This document shows, piece after piece, positions 1 through 8,785 of a stretch of DNA of 63,074 nt. The translations under genes were made by a program, and so were the position numbers. The stretch lies in the IMG/VR virus record IMGVR_UViG_3300026493_000141, positions 62,001-125,074 of that record; one strand, written 5' to 3'. How positions within the stretch are numbered: the stretch's first letter is position 1; each line of letters starts with the position of its first letter. The stretch is from an uncultured virus (IMG/VR IMGVR_UViG_3300026493_000141) (lineage: Duplodnaviria; Heunggongvirae; Uroviricota; Caudoviricetes). The notes beneath the pieces were generated by a model that saw only the letters and a list, made by a program, of their open reading frames with translations, did no database searches and was not told the DNA's origin.

Positions 1-245
1 CGAGTAACACCTTTTTCAAATGTAGGAATACGTGCAACTTCACGTGCAAAGTACCAGAAGTTTCGTTCCACTTCATTTATAATTTTATTCTGCATAACTT
101 CATCGAGGGTTGGATTAAATGGGTCCACATGGACTAAATCCTTGTCATTTAATTGTAGAATAAATTCTACATTATGTCCTCGTTTCTTCATTTTCTCTAC
201 TAAATCTGTAAATGATTTATTTGAAGTTTCATAATCGTAATACAT
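1..245 (-). CDS. Terminase large subunit-like protein, N-terminal part (runs off the window edge)
   Basis: Manual translation MYYDYETSNKSFTDLVEKMKKRGHNVEFILQLNDKDLVHVDPFNPTLDEVMQNKIINEVERNFWYFAREVARIP, with AGGAGGAG RBS upstream. The T.N.SF...L...DP....WYF.REV.RIP pattern resembles N-termini of phiKZ-like terminases. ATPase motifs are not in the window. Confidence 0.55.
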   Translation of the reverse strand, partial: MYYDYETSNKSFTDLVEKMKKRGHNVEFILQLNDKDLVHVDPFNPTLDEVMQNKIINEVERNFWYFAREVARIPTFEKGVT

Positions 246-291
246 CGTTTCTCCTCCTCATGATAAAAAAATAAAGAGTAAGGCATAAGCC

Positions 292-432
292 CTACTCTTT
301 ATCTTTCAGTAATCCTTGTTTACGTAGCTTTTCTTTTTCTTCATCAGTAAGTTCTGCTACTTTGTTTGGGTCGATACCGACCTCACCCCATGCTACTTCA
401 GTTAGCATTTGCCATTCTCCTTGTTCAGGCAT
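292..432 (-). CDS. Small hypothetical protein (46 aa)
   Basis: MPEQGEWQMLTEVAWGEVGIDPNKVAELTDEEKEKLRKQGLLKDKE*; AAAGGAGGAG RBS; AACA-N6-TA upstream (~464-475); hairpin terminator at 273-300. Below the ORF-track length cutoff. Confidence 0.7.
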   Translation of the reverse strand: MPEQGEWQMLTEVAWGEVGIDPNKVAELTDEEKEKLRKQGLLKDKE

Positions 433-488
433 GTGTTTCTCCTCCTTTCTCTTTATGGTTAGCTATTAAGATGTTACTGCAATAGTAT

Positions 489-1250
489 TTATTTATTGTA
501 CTTCGCAGATATAGAACTTACATCTTTATTTAGATTATTCAATGTGCGAGGTAATGCTAAACCATCTGTAACAAGGTTTGTTTTTAATCCTGCACATGTA
601 AAGAATACATCTAAAGTATTTAATGCTACCTTATCCGTTTTATTAGAAGGGATATCCTCAAGACTCACATACCCGTCATCTTTAATACGTTTCAACATTT
701 CTGTTTTTGCACGAAGGTCGTCGGAACGTGCTCCGATTAATTCCTTCATAGAATCTTTTGCCCCTACCGCAATAAGAGCGATATTCTCAACGTCAGATGC
801 ACGAGCATTCTTATCGTCACCACTAACCATACCAGTCTTCGGATTACGTTGACCAATATGAATAGACATACTATTCTTTTTCGATACCATTTGCTGTACA
901 CGTTTAATATGAATGTATCCTGTTAGTACCGGTTGCTGTGTAACAACTGGGTCACCTTCGGGATTAGCAAATGGCATGATAACATGTTCGAATAAAGGCA
1001 CTTTTAAGAAGTCTGCCGCTTTCTGCGCTTCCTTCATCGATACCTCTACAGCGTATGGTTCAATCTCCAGATAGAAGTAAGCATCTGGATTATTTAAGAA
1101 CTTCTTCATCTCTTTATCAAATTGCTCATTAGACATTTTAGAATAACGTTCTTTATACTTCTGCGTATTCTTTCCTGTCTTGTCTAATATATTAAAAGTC
1201 CCGTAAATCAAGTCTTCCATTTTCTTACGTTTTGCTGGCGTCATTGCCAT
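489..1250 (-). CDS. Multisubunit RNA polymerase beta subunit, C-terminal fragment (probably virion RNAP)
   Basis: GYIHIKRVQQMVSKK...ARASDVENIALIAVGAKDSMKELIGARSDD aligns by eye with the RpoB C-terminus (GYMYMLKL.H.V..K...QRFGEMEVWALEAYGA...LQEMLTVKSDD). Confidence 0.8.
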   Translation of the reverse strand: MAMTPAKRKKMEDLIYGTFNILDKTGKNTQKYKERYSKMSNEQFDKEMKKFLNNPDAYFYLEIEPYAVEVSMKEAQKAADFLKVPLFEHVIMPFANPEGDPVVTQQPVLTGYIHIKRVQQMVSKKNSMSIHIGQRNPKTGMVSGDDKNARASDVENIALIAVGAKDSMKELIGARSDDLRAKTEMLKRIKDDGYVSLEDIPSNKTDKVALNTLDVFFTCAGLKTNLVTDGLALPRTLNNLNKDVSSISAKYNK

Positions 1251-1290
1251 AAATATTCCTCCTTTAGTCTATTATAGTAATGTCGGAATT

Positions 1291-1962
1291 CTATTTCTTA
1301 ACCATGTGTATAGAAAATTTATCAGTTTGATTCTTAATCATATCTAAGGTTTTTATCGTTTGACCATTTACGGTCACATTACCATTAAGATGTTTTACAG
1401 GCTTACCTTTTGATTTGAATGTCTCTATTGAAGTGTTATCAACATCTTGTGAAACCATTTCTAATCCACTATCAGTTACCGCATATAATTTACCATCCAT
1501 ACCAAGTAACTGATACTCGTTTATACTTAAATAAAATTGCATATTCCGTAGGAATACATATGAATCACCTTTTGCAGACTTTAGATTCATGAATAAATAA
1601 TTTGTTTCTATTATTTGTCCTAAATCATATAATCTTGGAGATTCATTTGCTACTGCACTATGTGACCATGTCCCATATGATGTAAACCCATTTGTTAATG
1701 TGAAATTCGGCGCATGATATTCGCTTGTAGCAGGTTCTATCATAATGTGATCGAATTTCATCTTAAATGGTGCCCGTACTTCAACTGTTGCAGAGGTTGA
1801 AGTTATATGATGGAAATATGAACTAGAATCATTTTTAAACATATTTGCTGCAACATAATTCTCATAATGTCCATTGTCAGTTATAGTAAACCCTTGCATA
1901 TCATTTAATAAATTTGGCACCTGAGGTGTCATAGTAAATCTATCGTTACTGTTAATCTCCAT
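1291..1962 (-). CDS. Beta-sandwich (discoidin/galactose-binding-like) protein with shared C-terminal module
   Basis: Beta-rich N-terminal part; C-terminal DGKLYAV...KSKG...DKFSI module shared with 48044 and 49004. Confidence 0.4.
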   Translation of the reverse strand: MEINSNDRFTMTPQVPNLLNDMQGFTITDNGHYENYVAANMFKNDSSSYFHHITSTSATVEVRAPFKMKFDHIMIEPATSEYHAPNFTLTNGFTSYGTWSHSAVANESPRLYDLGQIIETNYLFMNLKSAKGDSYVFLRNMQFYLSINEYQLLGMDGKLYAVTDSGLEMVSQDVDNTSIETFKSKGKPVKHLNGNVTVNGQTIKTLDMIKNQTDKFSIHMVKK

Positions 1963-1973
1963 AATCTAACCTC

Positions 1974-3143
1974 CTAGTAAGATGCACTTTGCTGGATATG
2001 AATAACAAAGTACATAAAGATTGCACGACGGAAGTCCGATAGTGTTGCTTCACGATTTGACTTCGTATATTTGACACTATACTTCTTCAGCCATCTGTCT
2101 AGGATTGCTTTAATTTCTAATACGACTTTATCGTTCGTATTACTCTTCTTGTACAGCTCTGTACACTCCATGAAGAATCGGTCAGAACGAACATCTTCTA
2201 CCTTATTTGCATTGTCAAATAAGAATAACTGTAAGATTAATTCGCACATACGTTTAATCTCATCTGTTTCGTTATTACCTAAATGCGTAATAACGTTTCG
2301 AATCTCACTAATACTCACTTTATTAATACGAGCTGCAAGTTTAGCAAAGTTCATGTCAGGACCATAGGTATTTAATCGGATAACACATCCATCGGCAATA
2401 CGCTGTATTGCATAGGAGCTATTATCAGCTAAATGGAAGTTATCTTCATCGTAGTTATCACTATCGAAGTTTAGATACTGTTTTGCTCTATGGTCATCAT
2501 AATACGCATTTGAGATATGTTTCACCATATCATTTAAACGTACTTTAATAGATTGGATATAAGTGGCTAAGTCACCATCTTCTCCATTGATTAGTCTGTC
2601 TTTGTATGTTTCATGGGATTTCATAACGATATGCTCAATGGATTTAAACAGAGAACCGTATCGTTTTAATAGGTACTTATTCGATAAGTTATTAACCGTA
2701 TATCCCATAACGTTTTCCACTACCCCATACTTAAAGTATTTATTATGTAGAGATGAGTAGAAGTAGAATGAATAGAAGATTAAGAATAAACGTAATTCAT
2801 CATCCATTTTATTCAATGTAAAGTAACGAGCAATCAATGCTGTTGTTACGTTAATCGGTTCCGTCATAATACGCCAGTTATCTTTAATGTAGGCTGATTG
2901 ACGGATTGTAGACTTTACTTCAAGGGCAGTTAAGTTTGCACCCTTCATAATCACTTCTTTATCCTGATTTAGGAATGTAACTTTATACGTTAGTCCTGAG
3001 TCGAAAATCTTATCCGAGTTTCGATCAAGATAATGTCTAGCACCTTTTACTAGCTCGTTTACATGAGCCTTGTTCTTTAGATGTTTGTCAACGGTCGGAT
3101 AGAGAGTCTCTACCAGTAGCTTACTACTTGTGGATTTCGCCAT
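1974..3143 (-). CDS. Hypothetical protein (389 aa), late class
   Basis: Long ORF with GGGGG RBS and minus-strand AACA-N6-TA at 3178-3189. Confidence 0.75.
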   Translation of the reverse strand: MAKSTSSKLLVETLYPTVDKHLKNKAHVNELVKGARHYLDRNSDKIFDSGLTYKVTFLNQDKEVIMKGANLTALEVKSTIRQSAYIKDNWRIMTEPINVTTALIARYFTLNKMDDELRLFLIFYSFYFYSSLHNKYFKYGVVENVMGYTVNNLSNKYLLKRYGSLFKSIEHIVMKSHETYKDRLINGEDGDLATYIQSIKVRLNDMVKHISNAYYDDHRAKQYLNFDSDNYDEDNFHLADNSSYAIQRIADGCVIRLNTYGPDMNFAKLAARINKVSISEIRNVITHLGNNETDEIKRMCELILQLFLFDNANKVEDVRSDRFFMECTELYKKSNTNDKVVLEIKAILDRWLKKYSVKYTKSNREATLSDFRRAIFMYFVIHIQQSASY

Positions 3144-3235
3144 GTAGTACTACCCCCTTTTCTTTATATACTAAGCTTATTTAGATGTTAAACAATTAGA
3201 TAACATGGTTGAATAAAACAAAAGGAGGATTTAAA

Positions 3236-4618
3236 ATGATACATAGTTCCGTCCAAGAGCAAGTTTTATCGGAAGCGTATTTCGGTAAACATCCTGATTT
3301 ATTAAAATGTGAGGAGCATTTAGAGAAGATTCGATTAGAAGCGTTAGCTGGATTTAATGGTACACACGCTAACGTTACGAACTCTATGATAAAGGAAATA
3401 AGAGAAGTAGAGAAGATTTTAGGTAAGCTATTTGGCTTTAAAGAAGCTATCCTTGAGCTGAGAGCTATGGGTTATGCCAATGCTTATACTATCCTCACTC
3501 GATTCAATATCGATGATATTGTAAAAGATTTAACAAAAAAGAATAAAAGAATCAATGATGGAAAGACTATCAAGTTTACCGCTGATTCTAATAAAACACT
3601 ATACTGTGTATGTGGATTAGAAATGTTTACATTAGCCGGATTAACAGCAGGTGAATATCTAGCCGTCATCTTACATGAAATCGGTCATAACTTCTACTAC
3701 GATGATAGAGAGTTATCTGTAGCATATCGTTTAACATCAGGTATTTTTATTATGAAAAGTATCCTATTAGAATTGATGAACGATAAAGGTAAGCTGAAAG
3801 ATAAACTCCTAACAGCACAGGCACTAACAAGTTATATTCCAGGTGGAGATAAATTACGTATTGCGGCGGCTAATTTTATCCGTGAGAATAAATCTTTAGC
3901 TGAATTAGATTTAGCTCTTAATAACCTAAAAGGTGCTGGTATTGCAATGGTAAGTATCTTTGCTCCATTCTTCTATATCTATGAACATATCAGATACTTC
4001 TCTAAATATATGGCGGGTATTGTGACAAAAGCTGCTATGTCATTTGCATCATTACCGATGTTTGCGTTAGCAATGTTTACGAATGGTGATGGATACCAGA
4101 ATGAGAAGTTTGCTGATAACTTTGCAACGTCCTTCGGATATGGTCAAGATATAATATCAGGACAAAAAAAATTTGACATTGGTAGAACAACGGCTGGAAG
4201 CGACATGAAGTACCCGACAAAGGGTTCGACAGCCGCATTCCAGTTATTAACACTACCTACTGATATTATTAATACAACGTCTAAGATTGTAGGGTTCTTA
4301 GGATATGTACATCCTAACTCAATCACACGTTGTAAAGACCAATTAAAATACTTGAAAGCTCATGAGAAGTCCATTAAAGACCCTCGTATGAAAAAGCTAT
4401 TATTAGAAGATATTAAGCAATGTGAAAAAGAGTTAAAAGGTCTAGATGAGTTATATATTAAAACTCAACAAAATAAACGTAGATATGCATCTGCTATGTA
4501 CTATCAAGTATCATCTATAATAGGTGGAGACTTTAAAGAATATCTACCAACTCATATGACGAGAGACAATCATAATTACCGTCAGATGGAAACATCGAAA
4601 TCTTTACAAAAAAAATAA
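3236..4618 (+). CDS. Zincin-like (M48-like) metallopeptidase, possibly a virion protein
   Basis: LHEIGH (HExxH) plus downstream NEKFADNFA and HP motifs; AAAGGAGG RBS before ATG 3236; late promoter at 3191-3202. Confidence 0.6.
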   Translation: MIHSSVQEQVLSEAYFGKHPDLLKCEEHLEKIRLEALAGFNGTHANVTNSMIKEIREVEKILGKLFGFKEAILELRAMGYANAYTILTRFNIDDIVKDLTKKNKRINDGKTIKFTADSNKTLYCVCGLEMFTLAGLTAGEYLAVILHEIGHNFYYDDRELSVAYRLTSGIFIMKSILLELMNDKGKLKDKLLTAQALTSYIPGGDKLRIAAANFIRENKSLAELDLALNNLKGAGIAMVSIFAPFFYIYEHIRYFSKYMAGIVTKAAMSFASLPMFALAMFTNGDGYQNEKFADNFATSFGYGQDIISGQKKFDIGRTTAGSDMKYPTKGSTAAFQLLTLPTDIINTTSKIVGFLGYVHPNSITRCKDQLKYLKAHEKSIKDPRMKKLLLEDIKQCEKELKGLDELYIKTQQNKRRYASAMYYQVSSIIGGDFKEYLPTHMTRDNHNYRQMETSKSLQKK

Positions 4619-4648
4619 GAGATACCCTTTTTGGGTATCTCTCTTTTT
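4612..4648. terminator. Bidirectional intrinsic terminator
   Basis: AGAGATACCC/GGGTATCTCT between convergent genes. Confidence 0.75.
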
Positions 4649-5174
4649 ATCTCACACTTCGTCTTATGATCTTAGTGTCCATTTTACCATAAGAAGAATC
4701 ACGACCTTGACGGTACATCATAGCCATTATTTCATTCCCATTAGCTTTTGCTTCTCTCCATTTTTTATCGAAGAATTCTCTAGCATTATCAATTTCTTCC
4801 TGCTGTTCAAGCTCATAAGTGAATCCAGATACATTCGGATCATTCTTATAAATTACATCGTAAATACTAGGATAAACGATTCTATCAGAAGTTCCGATAT
4901 TATCCTCACTTAATGCACGTTGACGCGGTGGCAGAATCTCACCTTGATCACGAGGCTTTAGCGGTGCACTCGCTAATGGGTCTCCGTCAACAGTTATCTT
5001 CATATACTTTTCTACATCCTCACTAGCAGGTATTGAAAGATCAACCTTCCCTAATAATTCGGGCGGTACTGTTACAGTTCTTTCATTAAAATTCTTTCTT
5101 CCTTTAAGTATATCAAATTTTACCCCATTTGGTCCTGTTACTCTGAATCCATTACTCATTATTGAACTCCCCAT
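4647..5174 (-). CDS. Hypothetical protein
   Basis: ORF coupled to the upstream gene; start may be 5159. Confidence 0.65.
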   Translation of the reverse strand: MGSSIMSNGFRVTGPNGVKFDILKGRKNFNERTVTVPPELLGKVDLSIPASEDVEKYMKITVDGDPLASAPLKPRDQGEILPPRQRALSEDNIGTSDRIVYPSIYDVIYKNDPNVSGFTYELEQQEEIDNAREFFDKKWREAKANGNEIMAMMYRQGRDSSYGKMDTKIIRRSVR

Positions 5175-6097
5175 TTCTTATTAGTCTTAGGATGTGAATA
5201 TCCTCTTAAAGGTCTAGGTTGCTGATACGCACTAATAGAATCCCATATAACTAATTGAGGAACCACCTTATTAGGCTTTAATGCATTACGAACGTTATCC
5301 ATATCTTTTTCTACTTCAGATTTCGTTTTCGGTATGATACTATTATGCTCGATACTGTACCAGAATACTCGTTTTAACATTGGGTCAGCTAGAGCTGTAG
5401 TAAAGCCTAATGTTAATAAGAATAGCATACGAGAGTTACGATATGTTGCAACGTAGTGTAATGGAATCTTTGTTAATGTAATTGCTTCGTAACTCCAGTC
5501 AGCACTTTCGTTAAAGTCATACCCTATAATACGACGGTATCTACCTCTAAGGTCCATCTCCATATCATAGTTAAGCATATCAGTACCATGTATAATATGG
5601 TGCATCATAGTGTATGCTGACATTGTACGTGGCGCATATCTAGGCGTAGAATAATTACCAGCTTTCCCATAGATATCATAGAAGTGTGATGTTTTCATTC
5701 CAGTGTAATGGCTCGCGTGCAATGGTTCAATATATGCTATTTCACCAGGGTTAAATCCTGTAAATTCCATATCATCTATGAATGGAACTTTACCGATACC
5801 TCTTGGTACTTCGAAGTCATCATGGACTCCATGGTCTTTAATTACATCACACAACCCATCAATTAAATCAAATAAAGCGTTTCTTTGAAGATCAATTACT
5901 TCTCCATCTTTATACCCCGTACCATTTTCAAGTTCTTCAGGTTTCTTAAACTCTCGATGCACGTCTTCCATATTTCCGATATCCTGTTTTACATAACGTT
6001 TCTCACCTGCACCTAATCCATATAACTTATTATTTCTTTCACTAACATCTCTTAATGCTTTTAACATATTTTTAGTATTTGTCTCATGTTTTGCCAT
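5159..6097 (-). CDS. Hypothetical protein (312 aa)
   Basis: ORF with AGGGAG RBS. Confidence 0.7.
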   Translation of the reverse strand: MAKHETNTKNMLKALRDVSERNNKLYGLGAGEKRYVKQDIGNMEDVHREFKKPEELENGTGYKDGEVIDLQRNALFDLIDGLCDVIKDHGVHDDFEVPRGIGKVPFIDDMEFTGFNPGEIAYIEPLHASHYTGMKTSHFYDIYGKAGNYSTPRYAPRTMSAYTMMHHIIHGTDMLNYDMEMDLRGRYRRIIGYDFNESADWSYEAITLTKIPLHYVATYRNSRMLFLLTLGFTTALADPMLKRVFWYSIEHNSIIPKTKSEVEKDMDNVRNALKPNKVVPQLVIWDSISAYQQPRPLRGYSHPKTNKKWGVQ

Positions 6098-6139
6098 TTT
6101 AATTACTCCCTTTTTATAGTAGTAGGTTTTGTTTAATAC

Positions 6140-6991
6140 TTATTTATTTTTAAGAATATCTTTAATTTGAGTTGGATACATATTAGATACATCCATTAAA
6201 TCTATTTCATCTGAAGTTAATTGTACTGGAGGTGGTGTTTGTCTTCCTCCTGAATAATGCATTGGATTTGGCATGAACACCTGTCCGTTAGGATATTCTA
6301 CTGCAAGCGGTATTCCGTTTGGATCAGTTTCTTTATGCACGAATACCTTACCATTACGTTCTGAACGAATAGTTCCTGGAATTTCTGTTACTAGTTTTCC
6401 TTGTAATGGCAAGTTTGTCATGTCAATATCCCCTTTTCCTTCTGTAATTAAGATTTCATTTGCATAAGTCTTTTTATTAGTAAACATTTTTCTAGCCTCT
6501 TTCGTAAAGTATTTTGTATATAATTCGTCAACTAAATTATTCATTTCATCTTTGCTTAAAATTCGTTCTTCTTTTAAGCACTGTATAAATACATCGCTTA
6601 TATTATTAGCTATCACAACGCCCATTATATCAATATTCATATTAAAATGATACTTTCGACGAATATGTTTAGCTATAAGATTTATTGCAAAATTAAAATC
6701 GGGGTCATCAACAATCTCCGTTCTAACACATGTTTCGATTCCGTTCAACACGTATTGACCCATATTGTCATTCAGTAATGCTAAGAATTGATGTAGCTTA
6801 TGATCAGCTAATATCTTCTGTATTCCATCATGATATAACTCATATTTAAGCTGATCTAATGAATCATATTTAATGAAAGTATTACCTTCATGTAAAGATT
6901 CTATTAAAAGAACGAAACCTCTTTTTTGAGGTTTCGTTGATTTGTTAACTGTTTTTGTTTGTATTATTGAGACTTCTAAAAGGTTTTTCAT
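6140..6991 (-). CDS. Hypothetical protein (283 aa)
   Basis: ORF with AGGAGG RBS and ATGA overlap. Confidence 0.7.
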   Translation of the reverse strand: MKNLLEVSIIQTKTVNKSTKPQKRGFVLLIESLHEGNTFIKYDSLDQLKYELYHDGIQKILADHKLHQFLALLNDNMGQYVLNGIETCVRTEIVDDPDFNFAINLIAKHIRRKYHFNMNIDIMGVVIANNISDVFIQCLKEERILSKDEMNNLVDELYTKYFTKEARKMFTNKKTYANEILITEGKGDIDMTNLPLQGKLVTEIPGTIRSERNGKVFVHKETDPNGIPLAVEYPNGQVFMPNPMHYSGGRQTPPPVQLTSDEIDLMDVSNMYPTQIKDILKNK

Positions 6992-7299
6992 TCTGCTGTT
7001 TCCTCCTTGGAGTCTCTTGGACTTTTCTCAATCAGATTTTTATTTAAATTTACTGTGATACAAATATTCTCATTAGCGTTCACGAATCCGTACTCGGAAC
7101 ATAGAGTAGTTGTAATGAAGTCCAACATTTCAACTTTATCACCAGTAATACTTTCAGTCATCTTCTTAACTTCTAGAAGATTATCATATTTCTTTTTAAA
7201 TTCTTCCTCTGTAAACTTTTCTTCATGTAATAAGATTACAGGTTCATCCTCACGTGATAATCCTTCATGGATATAGTAAGCGTGTAAATTATTTTTCAT
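6988..7299 (-). CDS. Hypothetical protein, paralog of 8465-8731
   Basis: Shared LH...F.E..FK...LC..(Y/H)GF pattern. Confidence 0.7.
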   Translation of the reverse strand: MKNNLHAYYIHEGLSREDEPVILLHEEKFTEEEFKKKYDNLLEVKKMTESITGDKVEMLDFITTTLCSEYGFVNANENICITVNLNKNLIEKSPRDSKEETAE

Positions 7300-7356
7300 T
7301 TTAGTTTCCTCCTATAATATGGTCTATTAAATTGTTTCATCATCTATAGAAGTTGA

Positions 7357-7782
7357 CTAAATACCGTTCTCATCATTCTGAGCTAACATCATTTGTAGAT
7401 GGTCAATGTGACTCTTAGACCACCCTCCCATACCTTTCTTTGCTTTCTTTCTCATTTTAGGTAACATTACTCGTCTATCAATATGCACCAGTCTATCTAT
7501 AACATGAACCTCACCTTTTGTAAGGAACCAAGCCTGTAGATGGTCATAGAACTCATTACCTTTAGATGCCATATGTAGCATAATCTTTTTCACATCTTTT
7601 TTATCAGCAAGACCTGTAGGAACGAATTCTATATGTAAAGTCTTTACAGATTTAGATATAACTTTATCTTGACTATCTTTAATATATATTACAATAAGAC
7701 CAATATTAGAATATCCTAACTCTATAGTAGTATATTGTATATGCAATGTTTGACCTTGATGTTGCTGATAGAATTCAGTCAT
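7357..7782 (-). CDS. Hypothetical protein
   Basis: ORF with AGGAGG RBS and TAATG overlap. Confidence 0.7.
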   Translation of the reverse strand: MTEFYQQHQGQTLHIQYTTIELGYSNIGLIVIYIKDSQDKVISKSVKTLHIEFVPTGLADKKDVKKIMLHMASKGNEFYDHLQAWFLTKGEVHVIDRLVHIDRRVMLPKMRKKAKKGMGGWSKSHIDHLQMMLAQNDENGI

Positions 7783-8363
7783 TATTGATTACCTCCTACC
7801 AGTTCAGCATTCTTTAATAAATTCCAAGTTGGTAGGAAATGACTTATTGCATATATATCACAATGACATTCAATGGAATTAAAGAATGTAGGTACATTTA
7901 ACCCTTCGGAACGTAGATCATTCATATCTTTTTCTTCAAATCCTAATGATAATGAATGTACTTGAATCTGATTAATCATGAATGCTTCGCGTAATATATC
8001 AAACTCTTGTACAGTCTTTTCAAACTGTACATGACCTACTTCATGTAGGAATAGAAGTACCGTAAACACTTCTTCATTTAATTGAAGTCCTAGTCCTTCT
8101 ATGTAATCTTTAAATCTATTTTCAAATGATTCTAATCTATTCGTTTCTTTACAGTGATGGTAGCAATTCGTAAGCATATGGAATGTAACGTTAAACTGCC
8201 CGTCAGTAGGTTCCATTTCTACCATCCCTTGATTATTATCCATCTCTTCTAAGATAGTGCCTTCAATATCATCATAGGTTTTGATATCCCAAACGATATC
8301 TTTACCCATTAATGCTTTCTGGTTTCTTGCGATTGTTCGTACAATTTGTTCTAAGTTTTTCAT
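7782..8363 (-). CDS. HExxH zincin-like protein, early class
   Basis: FLHEVGH plus IECHCDIYA; early-type promoter at 8424-8441. Confidence 0.5.
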   Translation of the reverse strand: MKNLEQIVRTIARNQKALMGKDIVWDIKTYDDIEGTILEEMDNNQGMVEMEPTDGQFNVTFHMLTNCYHHCKETNRLESFENRFKDYIEGLGLQLNEEVFTVLLFLHEVGHVQFEKTVQEFDILREAFMINQIQVHSLSLGFEEKDMNDLRSEGLNVPTFFNSIECHCDIYAISHFLPTWNLLKNAELVGGNQ

Positions 8364-8464
8364 GCTAGTTCCTCCTCAGTATGTTTTACATACTATATAA
8401 TTTATTGGTATTCTTTTATCATACCACTAAGATAATGTATAGCTCAGGGTATGGTTATTACTAT

Positions 8465-8731
8465 TTATTCTTCATCATTATTCCACTTTCGTTTATCGAT
8501 AGATTGACTAAGTGTTACACCACGTTCTAATGATATAAATCCGTGGTCTTCACATAAAATCTTCTCAATCTCATTTACATCTATCGTTCTATCTTCTAAC
8601 TTAGCAAACTGTATTACACTTGCTAAAATAAGTTTAAAATCTTGCTCACTGAATTCGTTAGGATGTAATATATAGGTATAGTCCCATCCTCCATCCCATA
8701 CATTACCATTTGTAATCTTATAAATGTGCAT
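8465..8731 (-). CDS. Hypothetical protein, paralog of 6988-7299
   Basis: YILHPNEFSEQDFK...LCEDHGF. Confidence 0.7.
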   Translation of the reverse strand: MHIYKITNGNVWDGGWDYTYILHPNEFSEQDFKLILASVIQFAKLEDRTIDVNEIEKILCEDHGFISLERGVTLSQSIDKRKWNNDEE

Positions 8732-8785
8732 ACTATCCTCTCCTTATAAAAAAATAAAAGAAAGAGATGAGGATATCCTCATCTC

